Assembly (NCBI GenBank): GCA_050084985.1
Contig: JBITNC010000001.1
Location: 125,736,001 to 125,800,000, forward strand
Length of the DNA stretch: 64,000 bases
Direction: 5' to 3'
Source of the DNA: Nageia nagi
Lineage: Eukaryota; Plantae; Pinophyta
Each line of letters opens with the position of its first letter. Within the stretch, counting starts at the first letter, position 1. The position numbers and the translations under genes were made by a program. The notes below the pieces were generated by a model that was not told where the DNA came from, searched no databases, and worked only from the letters and a program-made list of their open reading frames with translations. This document shows, one piece after another, positions 28,171 through 39,390 of the stretch.

Positions 28171-31100
28171 TTTTTTTCTCATGGAATGTAAGAGGGTTGA
28201 CGAACCCATCCTGTAAATATACGGTCCGAGATGAGATTGCTGATGTCAATCTCCAGTTTGGTAGTGTTGATTTTGTTTGCCTTCAAGAAGTTAAAATTAC
28301 AGATTTTCTGTTACAGTGTACCTGTAAGTTTCTCTGACAGAGTGGTAGTTTTTTTCATACAAATCATGTTAATGGTTCTGGTGGTGCTGTCACTTTTATT
28401 TCCCAAAAATGGCAGTCACATATGGTTTCTTGGGGGGTGGACCCTTCAATTCAAGCAGTTTGGACTTTGTTTGAGTTGCATGGTAAACCTTTCGGTCTTA
28501 TTAATATTTATGCTTCAACTGATGCTCATGATAGGCGATCTCTATGGAGTTGGTTAGCTTTCTCCTTACCTCTTGCAACTTGGGTCTTATGTGGGGACTT
28601 TAATATGGTAGAAAAATTTGTTGATAAATAAAGTCATAACCCTTTTCACTAGAATTTGGGTGAAAGAGAAGCTTGGTTTTTTCTTAAAAATAAGCTTAGC
28701 CTATATGATCCGAATTCTACCTTCTCACCTGTAAATTTTCAAGAGTCTCATTGGTTTACTTGGTCTAATTTACAAGTAGGAAATAATCAAGTTTTGAAAA
28801 GGCTTGATAGAGCTATGCTTTCAGAATCAGATTCCTTTTCTTTTGAGAAGCTTATATCCAATTCTCCTCCTGTTTATGTGGTGCCAGATACTACTCTATC
28901 TGATCATGCTTCAATAATGTTCAATTTAAATACAATCATATGCCTGAAAGAATCTTCAAATCTCAGTGGTATATGAACACTTCCTTATTGCCATTTCCCT
29001 CTATGAAAGAGCACATTTTTCGCATTTGGAATATTATCCCTCGGCCTCTTGGTGTGACTGGTTGGATCACTTGGTGGAATAATGCCATTTCAAGAACTAC
29101 TAAAGTTCTTAGAACCATTGGAGCAGAGTTTGCTAAAAGGAGGCGTAAGTCCAACCTTGTCATTCGAACTGAATTTGCTAGAGCTTCTTGTTCTCTTGAG
29201 GCTGATCCCTTTAATATTACTCTTCAAGCTAATGTTGCAGCTCTCAGACATGAAATTAGAAAAGTAGAAGTTTATGCAGCTAAAGGAGCTCAGCTTAAGT
29301 CTCGCTTGAAATGGCTTAAGGTGGGAGATAGAGTCTCAAAAGAGTTCTTCAAAAGATTGCGCCCCCTCTGCATACTACCCAATTTCAAGCTTTACAGCAT
29401 GATGGTAATAGAATCACCAATTTCCCTAATATTGTTCAAGCTTTTGTTCAACATTATGAGAAGGTTTTTGCTTCCCAACCTATTACTCCAGCTAGCCAAC
29501 AAGCTCTTAATGATTGCTGCAATGTCATACCTCAGCAGTTGAATACTATTCAGAGAGAGTTTTATGATTCTCCTTTAACTTTAGAAGAGCTGAAACTTGC
29601 TTTATCTGATATGGCTAATGACAAAACTCCTGGTCTTGATGGTTTTCCTTGTGAATTCTATAAAACTTTTTGGGATATGGTTGGTCTTGATCTTTTACAT
29701 GTTTATCAGGAAGCTATGCATACTGGTTCTTTGGGAGCTTTAATCAACAAAGGTAATATCAAATTCATTCCAAAATCTGGTGATCCAAAAATTATTACAA
29801 ATTAGAGACCCATCACTCTGTTAAATGTTAGTTATAAAATCATTGCTAAAGCTTTAGCTCTTAAGCTTCGTCCCCTATTACCTCTCATTGTTCGACCAGA
29901 GCAAACTAGTTTTGTGCAAGGAAGATATATTCTTGATAATGTTATTGCTGTCTGGGAAGGTATGCAATGGGCTCAATCTTCAGGACAAGATGCTCTTTTT
30001 ATTAAAATTGACTTTGAAAAAGCCTATGATCGTATTGAATGGAGGTTTATTTTAGCCATGTTGCAGGCTCTTGGCTTTGGTCCTTATTTTCTTAGATCTA
30101 TCAATATGTTGTTTAGAGATGCTTCTGCTATTTTAACAATGAATAATGCTCAGTCTTAGTCCATCCTGTTAGCTCGCTCTGTACGATAAGGGTGTCCTTT
30201 AGCCCCTTCTCTTTTTATTTTAGCTGCTGAAGCTTTTAGCTATTTGTTAGCCTTTCAAGCCTCCCAAGGAATGATCAAAGGTATTGCTTTGCCTCATTTA
30301 GATAAATCTCTTTTAAATGGACATTTTGCAGATGATTCTTTTCTTACTGTGGTAGAAGATGAGCAGTCTGTTAATACTGCACTTAAATGTTTAAACACTT
30401 TTTGCTTAGCTTCTGGATCTAGTATTCAATGGAATAAGACCTCTTGTTATAGATAATCTTTTAAGGATATTCCTCAATGGCTTATTAATTTTTCATGGAA
30501 ATGGATTCAGCCAGGTGAAACATTTAAGTTTCTAGGTATCCCCTTTGCTTTTGAAGCCTCCCTTGCTCAGCTATGGAAAGATGTAGTCCAAAAAGTAGAA
30601 AAAAATCTGGCCTACTGGTCCACAAAGAAACTTTCCCTTGCAGGAAAATTTCAAATTTATTCCAAGATATTAGCTTCCACCCATGTCTATTACTCCTCTT
30701 GTTGGGTGCCTGCTAAGTCTTGCTATAATAGGCTTGATCGACTGCTTAGGGACTTTATTTGGGCTTCAGATGCTCATAAAAGAGGCTTCCATCAGGTTGC
30801 TTGGGATTTTTGCTGCATGACCAGATCCACTAGAGGTATGGGAATGTTTAATTGTGAAAAACAAGGGATTGCTTTATGTGCCAAATGGGTTATTTGAGCT
30901 TTGGAAGGGGATGAGGCTTGGAAAATCCTAGTCAAACATTGCATATCAACAGGTACTCCCCTTGGCAAAAGGGTTTGGAAAGGAATGAATCTTCATACAA
31001 TTCTCATTGCCCCTGTGCAGTTTAAAATTTCTGGTTCTTTTGTTGTTAAGAGTATATGGAAAGCTTGGGAGGCCTTAAAGCCATGGTTGACATGGAAAGG

Positions 31101-32150
31101 ATGTGATAAAAAGGCAAGTGCTTCTTACTCTTCTTTAAATCTATGGTGGTCTCCTATAATTATTGATAATGGGTTACTTCCTTCTCAAATTCAATGGATT
31201 AGAGCTCTCAGATTTCATCGTAAAGGCATTGACTCTTTCTTGGACCTGTATGATCCTCACACTAGATTTTGGTTCTCTTGGGATAAGTTTCAAGAGTTGT
31301 ATAATCTCAAGGCAGATGATAAGTATACTTTTGAATATCTTATTGACAGAACTTCTCTATCTATCTGGACTAAACTTGGGAAGAAGTTTCAAAAGCCCTG
31401 GTGGTCAGATTGGGTTTGGCCTAAAAGAATTCAGATGAATAAATATAAGTCTCATATGGGCTACTTTTTGCTTTCTCCTCATGTCCCTATGGCTGATACT
31501 CTTAATGTCCGATGGGATTTATTCTCTGTTCAATCTCATTGGAAGTTAAGATTTAAGGTTGTTTGGTCTTCCTTCTTAGAGCCTAAACAAAGTTTTCTTG
31601 GTTGGAGTTTGTTACATCAAGGTCTTCCTATTGGTATTCGGAGAAAATATCTGGGTGTTCCTAACCCTCTGTGTGCATTCTGCAATCAGCCAAAAGATTT
31701 TTTGCATGTTTTCTGGTCATGTGACAAAGCTCATGATGCCTGGATATGGATTCTCTCTTTTTTTAACCCTTTTCTGTCTACTCCATGCACTTGGGTTCAT
31801 GCTCTATTGGGGGATCCTCTTCATTTCTCAGAACCTCTTCAAGAAGTTTGGCATATTTTTCGTCTCAATATACTTTTTCACCTCTAGAAGACTCGAAATA
31901 ACATTATTTATGGTAGACAAGAAGCTTCTTCTGTATTCTCTCTTTCTAATAAATACATAGTCTTTTATGATTGTTTGTTATAGATTTTTAATCAAGCAGA
32001 AAAGGTACATATTGAGGTTCAGCACTTACAAAATTTGTTGGATCACTGGTGCAATGCTCCCTGCTTTACTAGTAGACTGCCCAACCAGATTCAGGTTGCT
32101 TCTCGCTCACATAACTATGGGCCTCCAGTGGATTGACTTACTTATCAGTA
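28167..32150 (+). pseudogene. L1 ORF2 (AP endonuclease, reverse transcriptase, zf-RVT)
   Basis: SWNVRGL, CLQE, INIYA, GDFN, KRLDR, LSDH, KTPGLDGF, N*RPITLLN, KIDFEKAYDR, R*GCPLAP, FADD, CAFC...HVFWSC. Frameshifts near 28940 and 29370. 3' end approximate. Confidence 0.93.
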
Positions 32151-32172
32151 GAGGGCTCTCAGTAGTGCATTT

Positions 32173-32190
32173 ATATATATATATATATAT
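32173..32190. repeat. (AT)9 microsatellite in L1 3' UTR
   Basis: Direct reading. Confidence 0.9.
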
Positions 32191-32782
32191 TTTTAAAGTC
32201 TGGGTATCTGATAAAGCTTCGAGACATTTTTCCTTTGATGAATATTTGGACCATGTATGATTTTGTTTCTGTTTCCTAGCTTTTTTATCAAGCTAGTGTG
32301 ACGATCGGGGTGTGCTCAATCCCACCCGCCCCTTTTGTATGATAAAGCATTTTATTTAATATAAAGTCTTTTCATCCAAAAAAAAAAAAAATAATAATTT
32401 CAACTTATCAGTACAACATTTTCAACTTGACGGTACAATATTTTCAATCTTAAAAAATAATATAAACAAAGAAAACAAAAGCAAACTTAAGGCTAATAAT
32501 ACACTTACAATATTAATAACTAATATCAAAAGTAATTATTAAACCAACAATAATCTAAAAAAATAAAAAATTGAGAAAGAAAGAAAAAAAGTATATTAAG
32601 ATACATATAGATATATAATTTTAGGTCGGCTAATCAGCATGCTAACTGATTGTATTCCAATTAAACATCTATTTAATAATCTAACAAACCACTCATCCAA
32701 TTCGGAAGCATAACAAACATAGCAAATCTTTGCAGACACTTTTCCTCTAATTCCAAAATCTTGGCCAAATTGTTTCCGCAAT

Positions 32783-33433
32783 ATGGATAAGCCATTTCCT
32801 AGCAAAAGATCCATGGTGGGAAAACATAAACATAAGAAGGATGACTCTATAACTCTCAGGCGTAGAACCAAATGCATAAAAGAGGAAAACATGCAGACTG
32901 AAGACCAAGATAAAAACGAATTCTGTCTTGGCAATAAAGAGGGCCGCAAACAGGTACAACAAATATTAGAAGAAGCAGAAGACAGTAAAAAGGAAGTCAA
33001 AACAGTCTTAGAGTTAAGAGGAATGTTGAGTAATGAGCAGGCGCAGAAGGTGGTTAACAAGTTATTCCCAACAGGTGAATCAGACCGTAAGTTTCTATTT
33101 GAATATAAGAAGTCAGAGCGGACTGTTGACATCCATGAGTGGAGAAGAACTGTTGTTAAGGAGGTTAGAAATGGCAAAGAGCAGCTTTATGAGCCTGCAC
33201 AACCCCAATGGCCTGAAGATATTCCTTCTGTTGATATAAAACCTCTTTGTAGAGATAAAACAGATAAATTCAAATCAGTTATGCTTATAACTCCTCCTCC
33301 AAAAGATGAGTGTAGGTTGTACCCCAAGTGTTACTTTGGGGATGAGGATCTTGATCACACTTATCTTAAAGATAGCCATGAATATTTTGATCAATTAAAG
33401 GCCAAGGAAATGCAATGGGCAATTAAATGCTAG
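32783..33433 (+). CDS. Intact 216-aa ORF of unknown function; basic N-terminus, charged helical middle, Pro/Cys/aromatic C-terminus
   Basis: Longest ATG-initiated, undisrupted non-TE ORF in a window where every TE ORF is broken. Protein-like composition; CpGs are retained in and upstream of it. No family recognised. Confidence 0.6.
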   Translation: MDKPFPSKRSMVGKHKHKKDDSITLRRRTKCIKEENMQTEDQDKNEFCLGNKEGRKQVQQILEEAEDSKKEVKTVLELRGMLSNEQAQKVVNKLFPTGESDRKFLFEYKKSERTVDIHEWRRTVVKEVRNGKEQLYEPAQPQWPEDIPSVDIKPLCRDKTDKFKSVMLITPPPKDECRLYPKCYFGDEDLDHTYLKDSHEYFDQLKAKEMQWAIKC

Positions 33434-34734
33434 AATGTGAGTTTCAGCTAACTGGGTGATTCTTATGTACCTGATAGCATTGGCATGGACATATAACCAT
33501 ATAATGGTTCTTCAACGAATCCCTAATGGTAGTTGTCCTAAATTCCTAATATGTATGCTAGTTTCGTTGTTTTTGAATTTTTAACATGATTACAAAGTAA
33601 TGTGAACTTGCATGAGTAACTCTTGGTATCTTTAATCATTTAATCTGTATTGAAGTATTTACCAGCTCTGAATGAGCTGCTTTATTCATTTCAAAGACCA
33701 GTCTATGGATATAAATTTTCTTAACAGAATAGATTTTAGTTTTTCCCTGATATCAATTATTTTTAGACAGTTATGTTGTTTTTATCTTTTAATGCATAAA
33801 AAGCAACTTTGCTTCTTAGAAATAGATATAATAATGTTGATATAATAAAGAAAGATACAAGCAATGCAATCGAAGAGTTGAAAGTTTAAGCGATATAAAA
33901 ATTATTAATGAAAATGAAATTATATCAATATATTAATAGAAAGCTTCATCAAGTTTAAGATGAAGTTTTTAAAATTTATGATTAATCTTTTTAATATTTA
34001 GAGTTTCAATTTTAAAGAAACTTTAATAAATTTGATAACGGTTTATTTTTATAAATTTTTGTTTTAATGTATCATATTTATTATCATAAATATATTTTAC
34101 AAAGTTTATGTTTATACTTTTTTCATTTACTCTCATAAGTTAAAATGATAAATAACTTACCAAGATTGATCATATCTGTAAATTTATTTATTTTTTAAAA
34201 AATTGTATTTCCGTTAAAAAATTAAAAATAATAAGATTTAATTTGAATCAAGCTAATTATATAAGCTGTTTCAACTATTAATATTTAAAGTAAAAACCAT
34301 ACTTAAAATCGTACATACCATATTTGTGAAATTAACCAATAATAATATAGAACAAAACATACAACCTAATATTTTTACCACTTAATTGACCTCTTTCAAA
34401 GTGGTTTTATCCATTTGTTTTTGCATAGGACATTTGTGGAGTTGATGATTATACTGTAAAACTTACTATTGTTATTTGAATATACCATTTTAATAAATAG
34501 TTTTACAATATTAACTAATAGTTTATAGGTATTGGATATTAAATAAATACGAAGCATAGTAAAAAATATATTATGATATTAAATTTTACGTATTTTTTTA
34601 ATATTTTTTTAAATATACAATAATCTCATTATATTTTGGTAGGAAAATAAATTTAAGGATCATATTTTTTATATTATAAAATAATTTAAATATTTTTTGA
34701 AATATTAAAATTCGCTTAAATACATAATATAAAA

Positions 34735-34863
34735 GAAAAATTATCAAAATGGTCTTAATAAATACTTTATTTACGGAAATGGTTCTAACAAATTTTTATT
34801 CACAAAAAAGATTTACGAGCTATATTATTTATCACTTGTGAGGATCATTTTAGTAATTTTTTC
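34735..34863. mobile_element. Small Mutator-like MITE
   Basis: Left end GAAAAATTATCAAAATGGTC versus reverse complement of right end GAAAAAATTACTAAAATGATC. TSD unclear in A-rich flanks. Confidence 0.45.
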
Positions 34864-35083
34864 AAAAATAAATTATGTTTTCCAATCTATAGCATAAATC
34901 ATAAATTATGAAGTTTAAAAGATTAATTTTTATTTCATTAGGTAGTTATGAAAAAATATTAATAGAAGCTACATTTTTTATTACTTCATTTTATCAATTT
35001 ATTTATTTATTTTTATCAATATTAATATAAATATTAATTTTATAAAAAAAATTTATGAAATGTATTTCTAAATATATAATATA

Positions 35084-35319
35084 TTTTTTTTATAATAAAG
35101 GGTAGATTATATTATCAAAAAAGTGTGTTTTAGGGTCCAAAAGCTATTGCAAAATGATTTCAAATCCATTAAAACTAGATACTTAGCTATAACATGGTAG
35201 CCAAAACAATACCTGCAACACCTGGCTATGAAAAATAAGAAAACTATGAAAATAAGAAACTAACTAAGTAATTCAACTAAATATAGGAAAAAACCAGCCA
35301 AATGATACCAAAAATAAAG
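35084..35319 (-). mobile_element. Possible 5'-truncated retroposon tail
   Basis: T-run at the left end and ATATAATAT on both flanks. Low complexity weakens the call. Confidence 0.3.
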
Positions 35320-35853
35320 ATATAATATTTTTGATACTCAAAACTCTATAATTATATATGGTTACAATAATAAAGAAAATAATAATTATATTTGATTAAA
35401 AATATGAATTGCATGATATATTTTAAAATTCCTATGAAAATTAGAGAACATCATAGATCATAATCAATTATGTTTTTATTTGATTATAAAATATTATAAA
35501 ACATTTTTATAGCATAATACCATGATCATTTAATTTAATTAATTTATTTTAAAATAATGTTATAAGATTAGATACATAATGTAATCACTTTATCATTTTA
35601 TCAATGAAGTTTATTTATATAGTTCGAACTAAATAGGTGAGCTTGATCAAGCGATTTGATTATATGTCCTTGCAATTATAAGAGATAAATACTCATTATA
35701 TTTTCTATATTTTTATAATCAAAACATAATAAATTATTTTATCATTGATTTATTTTTTATATTTTATATTTTTGATTTTTTTATCCTTAATAGCTAAATT
35801 AATTTAATCAATATAGTATTTATTTTTTATTATCTATCATATATTTATGTATC

Positions 35854-35875
35854 ATATATATATATATATATATAT
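35854..35875. repeat. (AT)11 microsatellite
   Basis: Direct reading. Confidence 0.9.
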
Positions 35876-35999
35876 TATTTTTGATTGAAATATTATTTAA
35901 AATCATAGTTGCATAATTATGGATAATCAAAATCAACAAGAAAATCCTACTCCTATTTATTTGATCTTATAACTATTTAATATGTTTAATATTTATTGA

Positions 36000-36176
36000 C
36001 CTTGATTATAATTTTATTAGTCAATCAAACATTAATGACCCTTTACAACATAGCTCTAAAATAAACTATTTAATATATAAAATAGATTGTTAATGGAAAA
36101 TGCTTTCTATTTACACTATCATTTGATTTACTCAATATTTATGATCTTCAATTACCTAAACAAAAGGAATGTTGGG
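36000..36176 (+). pseudogene. 5' piece of an old LINE endonuclease, split from 53778-57800 by the gypsy insertion
   Basis: LLNIYDL...KQKECW immediately before the TSD; endonuclease motifs resume after 53777. Confidence 0.5.
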
Positions 36177-37979
36177 CTAGGTGTAGTGCTTCACCTATTC
36201 TCAACTTTAGCAAAATCTTAAAAATTGATCAAATTTAGATTAATCAAACCTGATAAAAAACTTTCTAGTGTTCACTTCTCAACACTCACTGTATTGGAAG
36301 ATGCCACACAGGTTACCCCATCATTTCTATTCATAAACTATGCAATGAAATTTCTAATCATGATGTTGTGGTTTTCTACTTGAGGTCCATATCACCTAAG
36401 AGAACACTCATCCATAAGGTTAGATATCCTCACATCCATAAGGTTAGATATCCTCACTTGATGTGTAACCCTATGAATCATAGGTGTAAATATATATTAT
36501 TCTAGATAATCTTAAATGTGAGATGAGTAAGCATTATCACCTATGGAGTAGTCATCATACTCTTATTTACATTAACTGTAGGAAGTATGACTACTAGTTA
36601 TCCTTATCACATAACTACAATTTTATCAACTATTACCCTCATTTGATAACCTATTATGGGTATGAGACACTAGCCTACCCATATCTATTAACTAGGCTCA
36701 CTATATTATCTAGCATTTTAGTGCCCATATCTTGGGAAGCCATGGATATTGAAGTAATATCATCGAATGGTTTATTTAATCTAGTTAGGTTATTCAAAAG
36801 TTATAAAGTAAAAGTCATCCCATACTATTGATCTTAGAGATAATTGATCTTGAACCAATTATTAGTCTGCTAGGTTTGCATGCTTGAATAATACAAGTAG
36901 TATGATATTTTTATAATCTATTTTTTATGCTATAAATAAACCACATCTCATTATGAATTGATGAAATTATATAATAATAAACACACTATCCAAATAATGG
37001 GAATATTTACATCGAATGTGTATAAAAAGATACAAATAAAGCTTATTCATGAAGCTATTTGACATAAAATATACAATAGTAACTCATTTAAATTATCCCA
37101 TATGCATAATGCAACAAAAAGAATAAAAATTAGAAAGTACAACACTTGACAAATAATAATAACAAAATCCTAAGATGCTTCTAAAGGAGGTTACTCCTAG
37201 TAAGGAAGTGCAACATAGAATGTATCTTACTCAAAAAATATATTTTAGTTGATATTTTCTTATCTTTTAATAAAATTATGAAAATAATATTTTGTCTAAT
37301 TTCCTTTTCAACATCAAAGTACTAATCATTTAATGACCAATGGGTTTTCAAATATTACTTCAGTTTGTTAGGGTATTTAGTATGCCTAACTAATTATTTC
37401 ATTTAAATGATCCTTTTTATTAATCTGAGGTTACATTCCCATCATTATTCTTTCCAAGGTATTAAACTCGTTATGTAGGACTCCATCAATTTTATACATA
37501 AGGATTATATTTATCTCAACATAGTATTTAAGCTTGAGCTATGTATTTCTATTATCACATATATATATTTCAAGTTATTACACCAAAACTATATTTGTAT
37601 CATGCTAGGATAAAAATAGTATAAACTAAATTATCTTTGAACAATTATATATATTAGATTATAATGACCATACTTTTATCCATTACCTTGGAATCATTTT
37701 TGTTTTCTATACATCATTGATTAGACTACGATATAAGATAATATCATCCTAGCCAAGGACTTATATCTTCCACTAAGATGTATCTATTTCAAAGTTATAA
37801 CATGTTATCTAATTAAATCATAATGGTATTTGTCAAATATTTGGCTTCCTATTTTATAATCTTTCTATTCTATCACTATCATTCATTTAATGATAACTAA
37901 AAATAATTACTTTTAAAGTTTATTACCGTGATATTCTTTCTTCATAATAAGGTGTTTTATTCATAATAAGTCATGCATC

Positions 37980-39390
37980 CAGTGTAAGAAGATGCATCCC
38001 ACTTTTGGCCATATAGTGGAAGTGTTTTTATGATTTTTCAAGTTTGATCATGATGAAATTAACTCTTTTTGAATTAATATCTAGTTTACCAAGATCTAAA
38101 AAGGCACTTACAAACATCAACACAATAATCCAATAACATAAGCCAATCTCACAATGAACATAAGATATAAAGTGTTCCTCCCTCCTTGGGATTACATCCA
38201 CTAACTAAGATCTTCTTATTCTATAAGATTTCTCTTACATAATCTCTCCTCTCCAAACCCTAAACAAAGCTTTACAATAATTTTTCATTACAATGAGAAG
38301 AGGGGTACCTCTCTATTTATAAGAAGAAACCCACCCTTTAACCCAAGAGTAAGATTAAAGGTGTTTCTATATTTATTTCTCTTTATATATTTATCCCCTT
38401 AATGCTTTAAGGTATGTAAAGATACTTTCAACATTAAGTGAATTTACACTAAAGAGAAATATTACACAATATTATATTACAAATTCTAACAGGTCACACT
38501 TGATCTCAAAATTTGAAGCACTTAAAGTCAAGTCTTGAAAAATATCACTGTGTAAAAATGTAATTTTTAAATCCTAGTTTTTAAATATGTAATTTATTAT
38601 AATACCCAGATGTTAGAAATTATTATTTTATAGGCATATTTAAAAGCCACTATTTAAATAATACAGTTTGAGGAACATACCCCATCATGTACACTAAGCA
38701 TAATTAGACCTAAACTAAAACCTTTTTTTAACTCCTTTTGGATAAATATACTCAACAAACAAAATATTTTGGAAGATATTTTTTTTGTAATTTCATCATG
38801 AATATAGTATTTTTATTAATTTTTTATTGGCCTTGATTATTATTTCAAAAAGTGCTCATGTTTGATAAGTATAATTTGATGTAAACTTATCATTTTTATT
38901 TTTTTCTTTTAAATTATGAATAATTTTATGTAAATTATGCACATATATTTATTTTTCATGATTACAAAAAGTATAAAATTATTAAATAGATATAAAACCC
39001 ATAATTTAAAAAAATAGTTTTAGGACCATACCCCATTATGTCCTAGTAACCATAGTTAGACCTAAAATAAAATATTTTTTTAAGTCTTTTGAGTAAAGAT
39101 ACCTAAGACACTAAATATTGTGTAGGATAATTATTTATAATTTTTTCATAAATATTTTTTTTATTTTCATTGATTATCATTTCAAAAAGTGCTCATGTTC
39201 AGAAAGCATAATTTGACCTAAATGTATCATTTTTAATTTATTATTTTTTTAACTTTTGGAGAATTGTATGTTGATTATGCATATATATTTATTTTCTATA
39301 ATTTCTAAAAAATAAAATTTTATTAAATAAATACAAAAACCTAGTAGTTCCTAAGACTTCCTCCAAAGTGGGAGTCACCTTCTTGCACTT
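37980..39390. mobile_element. Non-autonomous TIR element inserted in the 3' LTR, with an internal about 350-bp tandem duplication
   Basis: AGTGTAAGAAGATGCATCCCACTTTTGG versus reverse complement of the right end AGTGCAAGAAGGTGACTCCCACTTTGG. Absent from the other LTR. Duplicate units start near 38670 and 39022. Confidence 0.7.
38051..38491 (-). mobile_element. 441-bp solo LTR (copia-like) nested in the TIR element
   Basis: TG...CTAACA termini, flanks GATCA and GGTCA (one mismatch), and TATTTATA (reverse-complement TATA box) near 38315. Confidence 0.65.

Larger units (their letters stand above)
26900..32391 (+). mobile_element. Near-full-length plant L1 LINE, relatively young
   Basis: ORF1, ORF2, 3' UTR and a 14-A tail at 32378-32391. 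5' boundary approximate; no clean TSD found. Confidence 0.95.

Noticed and set aside
26860-32410. TSD for the young L1 (aataatattatttttcaaac versus aataataatttcaac)
   Set aside because: Similar but not identical, and low complexity.
32596-33177. 193-aa antisense ORF
   Set aside because: Leu/Ser/Phe-rich shadow of the purine-rich sense ORF; no independent support.
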